A program made the position numbers and the translations under genes. Under the pieces are notes generated by a model. That model was given only the letters and a program-made list of their open reading frames with translations, made no database searches and was not told the DNA's origin. A stretch of DNA of 34,668 bases from positions 1-34,668 of the IMG/VR virus record IMGVR_UViG_2737471865_000001; one strand, given 5' to 3'. Origin of the DNA: a virus. Taxonomy: Duplodnaviria > Heunggongvirae > Uroviricota > Caudoviricetes. This document shows positions 1 through 7,478 of the stretch, one piece after another (position 1 is the stretch's first letter; each line of letters starts with the position of its first letter).

Positions 1-93
1 ATAAATGGTGTCCCCTGCAGACATCTACTTGAAGCGGCAGGGGATTGATTAGAATGGTATTTTTTAGATGTGAGAAATATTTTACCCGCTATT

Positions 94-294
94 TTACCCA
101 TTGGCGCGGCTTAAGAGCTTATTTTTGAATTCACAATGGTCACGATATAACCATCTTGCTCGCCCGTGGATAACTTTGGCTTTTGGCAGGTCGCCGGACT
201 TAATCCGGTCATAGATGAAGGTTTTACCGAAGCCAGTATCAGCCATGATGAATTTCAAATCAACCAGTGAATCAGGCTGTAGTTCGTGTTGCAT
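94..294 (-). CDS. AlpA/Xis-family excisionase-like DNA-binding protein
   Basis: 66-aa ORF; the pattern L..L..I...TGF.K..IY..IK.G.LP......GR.RW is typical of AlpA/excisionase winged-helix proteins. It sits at the left end of a minus-strand early operon, where xis is expected next to int (int itself lies beyond the window start). Confidence 0.6.
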   Translation of the reverse strand: MQHELQPDSLVDLKFIMADTGFGKTFIYDRIKSGDLPKAKVIHGRARWLYRDHCEFKNKLLSRANG

Positions 295-335
295 GAGTGC
301 TATCTCCGAATAGGGAATCGAACCTGCAAATCAGG

Positions 336-360
336 CAATAAAAAACCGCCATCAGGCGGC
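336..360 (-). terminator. rho-independent terminator (minus strand)
   Basis: Hairpin CCGCC-atca-GGCGG at 346..359, followed on the minus strand by a T-run (plus-strand A-run 338..345). Confidence 0.5.
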
Positions 361-519
361 TTGGTGTTCTTTCAGTTCTTCAATTCGAATATTGGTTACG
401 TCTGCATGCGCTATCTGCGCCCATATCATCCAGTGGTTATAGCAGTCGTTGATGTCCTCTGCTTCGATAACTCTGTTGAATGGTTCTCCATTCCATTCTC
501 CTGTGACTCGGAAGTGCAT
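352..519 (-). CDS. hypothetical small protein (55 aa), not in the ORF track
   Basis: My own translation of the minus strand: MHFRVTGEWNGEPFNRVIEAEDINDCYNHWMIWAQIAHADVTNIRIEELKEHQAA. ATG at 517..519 preceded by GGAG; stop lies inside the terminator hairpin. Below the track's length cutoff. Confidence 0.35.
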   Translation of the reverse strand: MHFRVTGEWNGEPFNRVIEAEDINDCYNHWMIWAQIAHADVTNIRIEELKEHQAA

Positions 520-530
520 TTATCATCTCC

Positions 531-590
531 ATAAAACAAAACTCGCCGTAGCGAGTTCAGATAAAAGAAATCCCCGCGAATGCGAGGATT
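531..590 (-). terminator. tandem hairpins downstream of the DUF551 gene (minus strand)
   Basis: Hairpin ACTCGC-cgta-GCGAGT (541..556) followed on the minus strand by TTTGTTTTAT. A second hairpin around 572..587 (CCTCGCATTCGCGGGG on the minus strand) is followed by a T-rich tract; the same core motif recurs at 17120..17143 on the plus strand. Confidence 0.4.
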
Positions 591-693
591 GTTAGTTGCG
601 CTCTGCTGCTGCCTTAGCCATTACCATATCCACCCAATTTCACCAGACATGATTCTCGCAATCACTATCATCACCAAAGTGATAATCACGACT

Positions 694-1353
694 TTAACTG
701 ACGGCACATTCACCATCCTGCTGCGGTGGTTCAGGAATCGGCATCCATCTGATTACATCGCAATTACGTAGGCTGATGTCATCTCCAAGCCATCCTTGAC
801 CTTCAGACCAGCATTGCACGTAATACCCGTCTTCGGCGTCAACTACGCACCACTGCGCGTCGTTCGGCATTCGATCACTACAGCTTATCCAACTATCCGG
901 AGTTACCGGATAGTTGCGCATTGCGACCTTTAATGCCTCATAGAAGCAACCTTTCAGATTGCTGAACTGACGCCCATTTAGCGGGCCGTGTTCAGTCAGC
1001 ATGTTGTGTAATTTCCATGCCGCGTCGTTTACTTCGCTGGATGGCAGGGAAGGCAACTTGTAAGTTTGGCTTACAGGTTCGGCTTCCAGTTCTGCTATGC
1101 GTTTTTTTGCTGCCTCCAGCTCAACACGCAGCTTCCCTACCGTTAGCGCAATATCCTCGTTCTCCTGGTCGCGGCGTTTGATGTATTGCTGGTTTCTTTC
1201 CCGTTCATCCAGCAGTGCCAGCACAACCTGAGGTGTGACTTTCATACGAAATGCCAGCAATTTTTGAGGCGTTGCTACTGTTTCAATTGCTACTGCTGCC
1301 TCACGCAGTACCTGATAGTCAATCTTGCTCACTGGTTGCCTCCTTTGCGCCAC
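694..1353 (-). CDS. DUF551-domain phage protein with coiled-coil N-terminal half
   Basis: 219-aa ORF; C-terminal W...CSDRMP...WCVV...RWMPIPEPP matches the DUF551 signature common in enterobacterial prophage early regions. N-terminal half is charged and coiled-coil-like. Confidence 0.6.
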   Translation of the reverse strand: MAQRRQPVSKIDYQVLREAAVAIETVATPQKLLAFRMKVTPQVVLALLDERERNQQYIKRRDQENEDIALTVGKLRVELEAAKKRIAELEAEPVSQTYKLPSLPSSEVNDAAWKLHNMLTEHGPLNGRQFSNLKGCFYEALKVAMRNYPVTPDSWISCSDRMPNDAQWCVVDAEDGYYVQCWSEGQGWLGDDISLRNCDVIRWMPIPEPPQQDGECAVS

Positions 1354-1492
1354 ATCGCATTCAGATATTTGTTGTCATTAACAGAACCGAAACTCTTTCT
1401 CTTAAGCAATTCCTCTCTCGATGGCATTGGCTTTACGCGTTGGCGAATAATCATTTCTGCCGGAAGAATGCCGGGATTGTATGCAAGTCCTC

Positions 1493-1783
1493 TCATGATT
1501 TACTCTCCACGAACTGGTCAATAGCCATGCTAAGTGACATACCTAAAGTCTCGATATGCTGCTGAATATCCTGTAGCGTCTGCGCCTGAGATAACAGGAT
1601 TTCACGGTTGCATAATTCTTTAACCAGATGCTCAAACTTGCTGTAATAACCGATACGGCTTAGTGTTTCTTTCCCTGCATTCTCACCTTCTTTGATAATT
1701 CCTCTTTCACTAAGAATCAGGTCGTGTTTGGTTCCGGTAATAACGTATTTGCCGAGGTCGATATTTAGCTTCATTGTTTTCAT
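1493..1783 (-). CDS. hypothetical protein (96 aa from Met52 of the track ORF)
   Basis: Track ORF 1493..1936 overlaps the upstream gene. An internal ATG at 1781..1783 is preceded by GAGGA at a good spacing, giving [17 protein letters not shown]...; I take this as the likely start. Confidence 0.45.
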   Translation of the reverse strand: MKTMKLNIDLGKYVITGTKHDLILSERGIIKEGENAGKETLSRIGYYSKFEHLVKELCNREILLSQAQTLQDIQQHIETLGMSLSMAIDQFVESKS

Positions 1784-1793
1784 TGTTAATTCC

Positions 1794-2090
1794 TCAGTCA
1801 TTACTGATAGCGCCATAGCGTGAGCGGTAATTACGCAGGCGCGGGTCGATATATTCAGGGAAGTGGGTATATGTGGCTTTGCGGAATGGTCGGATTGATG
1901 TCTGGTAAATGCGCTCGCGTTCTTCTTTCTCTGCAAGCCATATGCAATGGCGAAATTCCTTTTCCTCTTTCGTTTCCTGCGGTAGCGACATTATCCGATC
2001 GTAGTTTTTTCTGAATTTATCCAGCACCTCCGATACGGAATTGCCGGAACAGCGGCGCGGGTCATCCGCACCATACCGAGGCGCTGGCAT
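1794..2090 (-). CDS. hypothetical protein (98 aa)
   Basis: ORF packed directly downstream of ssb in the same operon; basic, no recognisable motif. Confidence 0.45.
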   Translation of the reverse strand: MPAPRYGADDPRRCSGNSVSEVLDKFRKNYDRIMSLPQETKEEKEFRHCIWLAEKEERERIYQTSIRPFRKATYTHFPEYIDPRLRNYRSRYGAISND

Positions 2091-2103
2091 GATTTTCTCC
2101 TGA

Positions 2104-2610
2104 TTAAATTGCGTGAATAGCGTGACGAGGGAAGGGGAGAGTTACTGGTGCAAAGGGTATATCGTCGTCAAAATCCATCGGAGGTTCGTTGTGTTGTGCT
2201 GGTGATGATTGCTGCTGTGGCTTCTGTGATTGCCTGCTGGCTGCTTGTTGTTTGCTGTCGCCAATGCCGCCAAGCATTTGCATCACGCCATTAATTCCGA
2301 CATGAACCTCGGTTGTGTAACGGTCTTGCCCTGACTGGTCTTTCCACTTTCTGGTTCTCAGCATTCCCTCGAAATAAATCTGATCACCTTTTTTCACATA
2401 CTGCCCCACGACCTCAGCCAGTTTCCCGGATACAGCAACACGATGCCATTCAGTCAATTCCTTTTGCTCGCCAGTATTTTTATCTCGCCATTGTTCTGAC
2501 GTGGCTATTGTCAGGTTAGCGAACGCTGTTCCTGATGGTGAGTATCGAACTTCCGGGTCTTGTCCTACCCGACCAAGGATAATCACCTTATTTACGCCTC
2601 TGCTTGCCAT
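2104..2610 (-). CDS. ssb: single-stranded DNA-binding protein (SSB) with a C-terminal extension past the DDDIPF tip
   Basis: OB-fold N-terminus [23 protein letters not shown]...; Gly/Gln-rich linker; acidic MDFDDDIPF motif. Unlike canonical SSB, the ORF continues for 15 more codons ([15 protein letters not shown]) before TAA at 2104..2106. Confidence 0.9.
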   Translation of the reverse strand: MASRGVNKVIILGRVGQDPEVRYSPSGTAFANLTIATSEQWRDKNTGEQKELTEWHRVAVSGKLAEVVGQYVKKGDQIYFEGMLRTRKWKDQSGQDRYTTEVHVGINGVMQMLGGIGDSKQQAASRQSQKPQQQSSPAQHNEPPMDFDDDIPFAPVTLPFPRHAIHAI

Positions 2611-3318
2611 TTATGCCGCCTGTTTTAGTTCGTTAACTCTGATGTTCATTACCTGAACGCATTTAGCCTGCGCATCCTCATTGCCAGCCATTAATTGCCA
2701 GTCACGCTGATAACGCTCGATGAGTTTTTTCTTGTCAGTTTCTGTTGACGCATAATCGCTGAAGTCTTTCAGGATTTGTTCGCAGTCAACCGATGGAGAT
2801 TTCTGGTTGGTATTTTCTGGTGATGGTTTGTTATCTGATGCTGGGATTGCCCATCCCGGAAGCGATGGAGGGAGCCAGTAAAATCCTGTTCCATCCTTCA
2901 GTTTTGCCCTGTGCCACCCCTGCTTTTTATCGAGAGATGTTTGTGCGAAACCTTCCTCAAGGTTATACAGATACCGACCGATTCCCCACTGAACGGCAGC
3001 GCGCTTCATTGCACCGGAACGACCACCTTTGACGGCTTCTACCTGCGTGTTTTCAGCAGCATCCCATTTGGTTACCCATTCGGAATCAATCTTTATTGAT
3101 ATGCCGCATTCAACGCCGCCGTTGTTGGGAATATCGCGGTATTCATTGCGCCATCCTGCTTTGCCGCAAACATCGTCCAGGCGCTTCATGATTGCCCGGT
3201 TCGTGACATAAGCCAGCACCATAGCCCACACCTTGCCATCGCGTGTTTTACCGCTTTGCTGTATTCGCCATTCGATATCTTCAGGGCTGAATGGCTCATC
3301 GAATTTGTTCAAATCCAT
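2611..3318 (-). CDS. single-strand annealing recombinase, Rad52-like N-terminal domain with P22 Erf-like C-terminal tail
   Basis: N-terminal region has the Rad52/Sak-like motif KRAAVQWGIGRYLYN. The C-terminal ~60 aa (ILKDFSDYASTETDKKKLIERYQRDWQLMAGNEDAQAKCVQVMNIRVNELKQAA) closely resembles the C-terminus of P22 Erf as I recall it. Located next to ssb. Confidence 0.7.
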   Translation of the reverse strand: MDLNKFDEPFSPEDIEWRIQQSGKTRDGKVWAMVLAYVTNRAIMKRLDDVCGKAGWRNEYRDIPNNGGVECGISIKIDSEWVTKWDAAENTQVEAVKGGRSGAMKRAAVQWGIGRYLYNLEEGFAQTSLDKKQGWHRAKLKDGTGFYWLPPSLPGWAIPASDNKPSPENTNQKSPSVDCEQILKDFSDYASTETDKKKLIERYQRDWQLMAGNEDAQAKCVQVMNIRVNELKQAA

Positions 3319-3405
3319 AATTCACCTCAGAATGGACATGGCCCAAGGAAATAACGCTGATTTAATACTTCAGTCTTTGCCGCATTTAAAAATACGCGAA
3401 CACCT

Positions 3406-3576
3406 TCACGATCTCCCTTCTGGCGATACATTAACGCCTGCTGCGTGTACATGCGTCTCTGTAACTTGCTCTCCTTCACTGTGGTTGCAAGTGACATGAA
3501 TATCTCCTTCGTTACCGATTAATTCTTTCATCTGACGAATGAATTCTTCGTCTGACCAGTTATCTGTAAAACTCAT
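3406..3576 (-). CDS. hypothetical small early protein (56 aa from the ATG)
   Basis: Track ORF starts at a GTG; the ATG at 3574..3576 gives MSFTDNWSDEEF... and overlaps the upstream stop as ATGA (translational coupling). Confidence 0.4.
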   Translation of the reverse strand: MSFTDNWSDEEFIRQMKELIGNEGDIHVTCNHSEGEQVTETHVHAAGVNVSPEGRS

Positions 3577-3725
3577 TTCCTGCGATACCACGGAAGGTTG
3601 ATAGCTGATTTCATCGCTTTATTTGCTTCAAGCCACATTTTTGAATCACCAATAAATCTGGCTATTACTGCTTTGTTCTGTGCAGCACGAAGCATCTGGT
3701 GATTGATGGCTATTTCATTGCGCAT
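3573..3725 (-). CDS. Kil-like small protein (50 aa), not in the ORF track
   Basis: My translation: MRNEIAINHQMLRAAQNKAVIARFIGDSKMWLEANKAMKSAINLPWYRRK. The FIGD.KM core and position (between cIII-like and the recombination genes) resemble lambda Kil from memory. GGAGG RBS. Confidence 0.4.
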   Translation of the reverse strand: MRNEIAINHQMLRAAQNKAVIARFIGDSKMWLEANKAMKSAINLPWYRRK

Positions 3726-3844
3726 AACGCCTCCAGTTGTTTCTTTGCTGCTCTGATTAATTGTTTAACTCGGCGTGATAATTCAGATTCGTGCGGGTAG
3801 AAAGCGGACATGACGCCGCTACCCGCTAAAATATATTCATTCAT
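3710..3844 (-). CDS. cIII-like small protein (44 aa), not in the ORF track
   Basis: My translation: MNEYILAGSGVMSAFYPHESELSRRVKQLIRAAKKQLEALCAMK. Resembles the lambda cIII N-terminal and central region (M.YAIAG...ESLLERITRKLR) from memory. Start overlaps the HNH stop as TAATG. Confidence 0.4.
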   Translation of the reverse strand: MNEYILAGSGVMSAFYPHESELSRRVKQLIRAAKKQLEALCAMK

Positions 3845-4356
3845 TATTTGCTCCTGTAGAATTCGCCGTGATGCTTTCTGGCAAAGTCGCAGTAAGCTTT
3901 TTTGGCATCTTCTAATTCATTAAAGTACCCTAGATGTTTTTTCTTTCCGTTTAATTTCCCATAGGCAGCCCACTTTCTACTTTCCTTCTTCCATGTGACT
4001 CCTTTGCAACCTGATTTGTTGAGGGTGTTTATTTTACTATTCATTGAATTCTGTGAGTAAGTTGCAAGCCTCAGATTGCAAATTCTGTTATCTGTCTTAA
4101 TGCCATTTATATGGTCGATAATACCTTCAGGCTCAACACCGAAAGTGATAATCCATGCAAGTCTATGTGCAGCATAGTGTCTTCCGTTAATGAAAATCCT
4201 TAAGTAGCCGCTTGTTGTTATTGTTCCGGCAGTTCCACCTATCTTCCTTGCTCCATAAGATTTTAGCCATGTGAACTCACCAGAAATAGGGTTATATTTG
4301 ACAACATTATTAATCTCACTTAGGGAAATTAATTCAAGAATCTTTATAAATGCCAT
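3844..4356 (-). CDS. HNH homing endonuclease with AP2-type DNA-binding domain
   Basis: HNH_3-type motif GIIDHINGIKTDNRICNLRLATYSQN followed by an AP2-like GVTWKKESRKWAAYGKLNGKKKHLGYFNELEDAKKAY. AT-rich coding sequence. The track start is TTG at 4369..4371; ATG at 4354..4356 with an AGGA RBS is more likely. Confidence 0.8.
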   Translation of the reverse strand: MAFIKILELISLSEINNVVKYNPISGEFTWLKSYGARKIGGTAGTITTSGYLRIFINGRHYAAHRLAWIITFGVEPEGIIDHINGIKTDNRICNLRLATYSQNSMNSKINTLNKSGCKGVTWKKESRKWAAYGKLNGKKKHLGYFNELEDAKKAYCDFARKHHGEFYRSK

Positions 4357-4437
4357 TTTATATCCTATCAACTGCGTTCATTAATCAGCGTTTACGCTCA
4401 TGAATAAACACCTCTCGTGAAGCGTTATTGTTATGCA

Positions 4438-4466
4438 TATAAAAAAGCCCTCACATTGGAGGGCAA
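4438..4466 (-). terminator. rho-independent terminator (minus strand) upstream of the HNH gene
   Basis: Hairpin GCCCTC-acattg-GAGGGC (4447..4464), followed on the minus strand by TTTTTT. Confidence 0.6.
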
Positions 4467-4600
4467 AGAAGATTTCCAATAATCAGAACAAGTCGGCTCC
4501 TGTTTAGTTACGAGCGACATTGCTCCGTGTATTCACTCGTTGGAATGAATACACAGTGCAGTGTTTATTCTGTTGTTTATGCCAAAGATAAAGGCTACCA

Positions 4601-4801
4601 TCAGGCAGCCTTGTTGTTCTGTTTACCAAGTTCTCTGGCAATCATTGCCGTCGTTCGTATTGCCCATTTATCGACATATTTCCCATCTTCCATTACAGGA
4701 AACATTTCTTCAGGCTTAACCATGCATTCCGATTGCAGCTTGCATCCATTGCATCGCTTGAATTGTCCACACCATTGATTTTTATCAATAGTCGTAGTCA
4801 T
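4601..4801 (-). CDS. ral: restriction-alleviation protein Ral
   Basis: 66-aa Cys-rich protein MTTTIDKNQWCGQFKRCNGCKLQSEC... matching lambda Ral as I recall it, in the expected position between N and cIII. Confidence 0.6.
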   Translation of the reverse strand: MTTTIDKNQWCGQFKRCNGCKLQSECMVKPEEMFPVMEDGKYVDKWAIRTTAMIARELGKQNNKAA

Positions 4802-4983
4802 ACGGATAGTCCTGGTATTGTTCCATCACATCCTGAGGATGCTCTTCGAACTCTTCAAATTCTTCTTCCATATCTAACCTCAAATAAGTGGTTTGCTGCC
4901 TAATTTCATTTTCTGGCGACCAACACAAGTCACACCCATTTCACTGCGTGGCTTGCGGTAGTAAATTAGATTTGTTCAGACAA

Positions 4984-5006
4984 TAAAAAACCCACCGAAG
5001 TGGGCT
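4984..5006 (-). terminator. rho-independent terminator (minus strand, tL1-like)
   Basis: Hairpin CCCAC-cgaa-GTGGG (4991..5004), followed on the minus strand by TTTTTTATTG; immediately after the stop of the 114-aa gene. Confidence 0.6.
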
Positions 5007-5349
5007 ATGACCATTTTTTATTTGGATTTCGTTGGTGAGCGTGATTAACAACTCTGTGCATTACATCCTCATATTTTTCATCTTCAATTTTTTCGACATC
5101 GCGAGGAAATGGTGTTGCTAATGCTTTGTCAACTTTGTCCATTGGTTCTTCATTAATTTTATATTCAGGACCGTCATCTATAGCATTAAATCCAGGTGTT
5201 ACACCGTTTTTTAATGCATATGCTATCCTTTTTTCCCATCTCGCTATTCTCCTCCTGTCTCGAGATGTAAGACCTCTATCAGATACTTTTCTGTTTTGTC
5301 CGCGGTCAGGATTAACATAAATAGTCTTTTTCACCATAAGCATACTCAA
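5005..5349 (-). CDS. hypothetical hydrophilic protein (114 aa) between N and ral
   Basis: ORF whose stop region overlaps the N start codon as ATGA; no recognisable domain. Occupies the position where lambda carries sieB-region accessory genes. Confidence 0.5.
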   Translation of the reverse strand: MSMLMVKKTIYVNPDRGQNRKVSDRGLTSRDRRRIARWEKRIAYALKNGVTPGFNAIDDGPEYKINEEPMDKVDKALATPFPRDVEKIEDEKYEDVMHRVVNHAHQRNPNKKWS

Positions 5350-5651
5350 TAAGCACCGTACGGTAGTTTACTGTACAATTTTATTTTTTGGACTGCATGT
5401 ATTTTGTTTCCTAATGGGTTTGAATCTTTGTAATAAATACTTCTATTTTTTCGAACGACTTCTTCTTTCTTCTTGCAGCAAAGGCTTCCTAGTGATGCTG
5501 CTTTGTCTGCTCTGACGCAACCAGAGAGCTTTAGCGCAATTTTTCGCGCCAGTGCTTCATTACTGCGTCGCTCGGCAATAAGTTCTGCTCTGCGAGCTTT
5601 GTAGCGGCTTTTTGCCGTACCTTTGGATTCTTTCCAGACAATGGTTACCAT
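5346..5651 (-). CDS. N: N-like transcription antiterminator, phage-21 type
   Basis: Arginine-rich motif GTAKSRYKARRAELIAERR matches the phi21 N RNA-binding peptide from memory. ATG at 5649..5651 is preceded by AAGGAG. Sits immediately downstream of PL and nutL. Confidence 0.8.
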   Translation of the reverse strand: MVTIVWKESKGTAKSRYKARRAELIAERRSNEALARKIALKLSGCVRADKAASLGSLCCKKKEEVVRKNRSIYYKDSNPLGNKIHAVQKIKLYSKLPYGAY

Positions 5652-5761
5652 GATGGTCTCCTTTAAGTGGCTTTGGCGCATGACGCGTCGAGGTGCTTAT
5701 CTTCTCGATCGCTGTCTTGCAGCTGCAATTCGCGCCATCCCCAAAACCACTCAAGTTCTGG

Positions 5762-5801
5762 TCTCAACGGTTAGGTTGAGAGTCCGTCGATGTTAAAGAG
5801 C
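5762..5801 (-). promoter_or_regulatory. nutL: boxA plus boxB hairpin
   Basis: On the transcript strand, GCTCTTTAACA (boxA-like; plus-strand 5791..5801) is followed by the hairpin UCUCAAC-CUAACC-GUUGAGA (5762..5781). The loop CUAACC is the same as in the nutR hairpin. Confidence 0.65.
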
Positions 5802-5847
5802 CTGCCAATCTGTTCCGTTTGGCTTCCAGCGTCCTGCTGATGGCTTA

Positions 5848-5876
5848 AATTTAAGACTTCTTAATTTATTGGTCAA
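5848..5876 (-). promoter_or_regulatory. PL promoter with overlapping OL operator
   Basis: On the minus strand: TTGACC, 17-nt spacer, TAAATT. Overlaps the operator-like palindrome ATTTAAGACTTCTTAAT, which resembles the OR sites. Confidence 0.6.
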
Positions 5877-5940
5877 GTGCATTTTTGAAGAAAACTTAAT
5901 TTTATGGGCGTGAATTTAGTTTGTCTTTGATTTTTAACGG

Positions 5941-5966
5941 GAAATAAAAAAAGGGGCGAAAGCCCC
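5941..5966 (-). terminator. rho-independent terminator after c2
   Basis: Hairpin GGGGC-gaaa-GCCCC (5953..5966), followed on the minus strand by a T7 run; directly abuts the c2 stop. Confidence 0.75.
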
Positions 5967-6617
5967 TTAAGGAAGGTTTGCTAGCTTGGCATCAACGACA
6001 ACGCCAATGATTTTACAGTTCCCATTGATTTCAATCATTGGGTATTGTGGATTGAGTGGTTTCAGGAATTTTCTACCGGCATCAATAACTAACTTTTTGA
6101 ATGTCGCCTCGTTTTCTCCTTCAAGTTTGGCGACTACCAGCTTTCCATTACGTGGTTCGACTTCTGGGTCGACGAGAATAATCATCCCCTCAGGAATACT
6201 CAGTCCTGCCGGGGCAGTCATTGAATCGCCTTTAACGTCGAGCCAAAAAGAGTCTTCAGAACAATCTACCGTTGTGTCGTACCAGTTATCTATTGCACGC
6301 CTATGATATGGCTCTACAGCTTCCATCCAACATCCTGCGCTTACCCAACTAATTAGAGGATACGAACCTCTTGGATCATGCCTGCTGTGATAGGCAATGT
6401 TTGAAAGACTATCCTCTCCTTTCAACAGGTAATCAGGGGAGCACTGCAAAGCCTTGGCTAAGGCCAATAGGTTTTCGCCATTGGGCTCAGTTTCAGATCG
6501 CTCCCATTGGGAAATAGCAACATTAGACACGCCAACCATCTTGCCAAGGGCAGCCTGCCTAATCTTGAGTTCTTTTCTGCGAGCGCGAATACGCTCACCC
6601 ATCAGTTGTGTATTCAT
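5967..6617 (-). CDS. c2: prophage repressor C2 (CI-type; HTH plus LexA-like S24 peptidase domain)
   Basis: 216 aa: N-terminal HTH (QAALGKMVGVSNVAISQWER) and C-terminal autocleavage domain (GDSM...VVAKL). Essentially matches P22 C2 as I recall it. Confidence 0.93.
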   Translation of the reverse strand: MNTQLMGERIRARRKELKIRQAALGKMVGVSNVAISQWERSETEPNGENLLALAKALQCSPDYLLKGEDSLSNIAYHSRHDPRGSYPLISWVSAGCWMEAVEPYHRRAIDNWYDTTVDCSEDSFWLDVKGDSMTAPAGLSIPEGMIILVDPEVEPRNGKLVVAKLEGENEATFKKLVIDAGRKFLKPLNPQYPMIEINGNCKIIGVVVDAKLANLP

Positions 6618-6697
6618 AGTTAAGACATCTTAAATAAACTTGACTTAAGATTCCTTTGGTGGATAATTTAAGTGTTCTTTAATTTCGGAGCGAGTCT
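6618..6697. promoter_or_regulatory. OR region: PR/PRM divergent promoters with three operator-like sites
   Basis: PR has TTGACT (6640..6645) and GATAAT (6662..6667). Operator-like imperfect palindromes: AGTTAAGACATCTTAAAT (6619..6636), a TTAAGATTCCTT-containing site, and ATTTAAGTGTTCTTTAAT (6667..6684). Confidence 0.7.
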
Positions 6698-6883
6698 ATG
6701 TACAAAAAAGATGTTATTGACCACTTCGGAACCCAGCGTGCTGTTGCTAAAGCACTAGGCATTAGCGATGCAGCAGTCTCTCAGTGGAAAGAAGTTATCC
6801 CAGAGAAAGACGCCTATCGATTGGAAATCGTTACAGCTGGCGCCCTGAAGTATCAAGAAAGTGCTTACCGCCAAGCGGCATAA
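6698..6883 (+). CDS. cro: Cro repressor (P22 type)
   Basis: 61 aa MYKKDVIDHFGTQRAVAKALGISDAAVSQWK..., HTH protein directly downstream of PR; matches P22 Cro from memory. Confidence 0.92.
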   Translation: MYKKDVIDHFGTQRAVAKALGISDAAVSQWKEVIPEKDAYRLEIVTAGALKYQESAYRQAA

Positions 6884-6889
6884 GCAAAT

Positions 6890-6930
6890 TGCTCTTTAAC
6901 AGTTCTGGCCTTTCACCTCTAACCGGGTGA
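6890..6930 (+). promoter_or_regulatory. nutR: boxA plus boxB hairpin (phage-21 type)
   Basis: TGCTCTTTAACA (6890..6901) followed by the hairpin TCACC-TCTAACCG-GGTGA (6913..6930); matches the phi21 boxB sequence UCACCUCUAACCGGGUGA from memory. Confidence 0.7.
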
Positions 6931-6998
6931 GCAAACATCAGCGGCAAATCCATTGGGTGTGCCGCTATAACTCAATATCAATATAGGAAAATTAACAA

Positions 6999-7295
6999 AT
7001 GGCACAAGCAAGCTACAGCAAGCCAACACAGCGAGAAATTGATCGCGCTGAAACTGATTTACTCATCAACCTGTCAACGCTTACCCAGCGCGGTCTGGCA
7101 AAGATGATTGGCTGTCATGAATCGAAGATAAGCAGAACGGACTGGAGATTTATTGCTTCGGTCTTGTGTGCTTTCGGAATGGCATCAGACATCAGTCCGA
7201 TTAGCAGGGCTTTTAAGTATGCGCTTGATGGACTCACCAATAAAAAACGCCCGGCGGCAACCGAGCGTTCTGAACAAATCCAGATGGAATTCTGA
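6999..7295 (+). CDS. cII: CII-type transcriptional activator
   Basis: 98 aa; C-terminal [19 protein letters not shown] matches the lambda CII C-terminus; HTH in the centre ([16 protein letters not shown]). Confidence 0.85.
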   Translation: MAQASYSKPTQREIDRAETDLLINLSTLTQRGLAKMIGCHESKISRTDWRFIASVLCAFGMASDISPISRAFKYALDGLTNKKRPAATERSEQIQMEF

Positions 7296-7328
7296 GGTCA
7301 TTACTGGATCAATCCACAGGAGTCATTA

Positions 7329-7478
7329 TGACAAAACAACTCAGTCCTTACCAGGACAAAATTCACAAACACATACTACGTGATCGCTTCCTGTCCAGCT
7401 TCAAGCAGCCTGGTCGATTCCGGGCTGAGTTGGAAAAAGTGAAGCTGATGCAGAAGGAGAAAGGTCATGAGTAATCTT
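7329..7478 (+). CDS. hypothetical small protein (49 aa), not in the ORF track
   Basis: My translation: [55 protein letters not shown]; its stop overlaps the O start. Confidence 0.35.

Noticed and set aside
1-93. Start of an integrase gene or an attachment site at the left edge
   Set aside because: The minus strand contains an ATG at 22..24 that could begin a gene reading out of the window, but 93 bp is too little to recognise an integrase or att core.
286-771. Plus-strand ORFs 286..534 and 580..771
   Set aside because: They run against the minus-strand early operon, span minus-strand terminator hairpins, and lack ribosome-binding sites; the minus-strand 55-aa ORF and terminators explain this region better.
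5560-5754. 64-aa minus-strand ORF overlapping the N start region
   Set aside because: Different frame across the N start and the AAGGAG RBS; the region upstream of N is better explained as the nutL leader.
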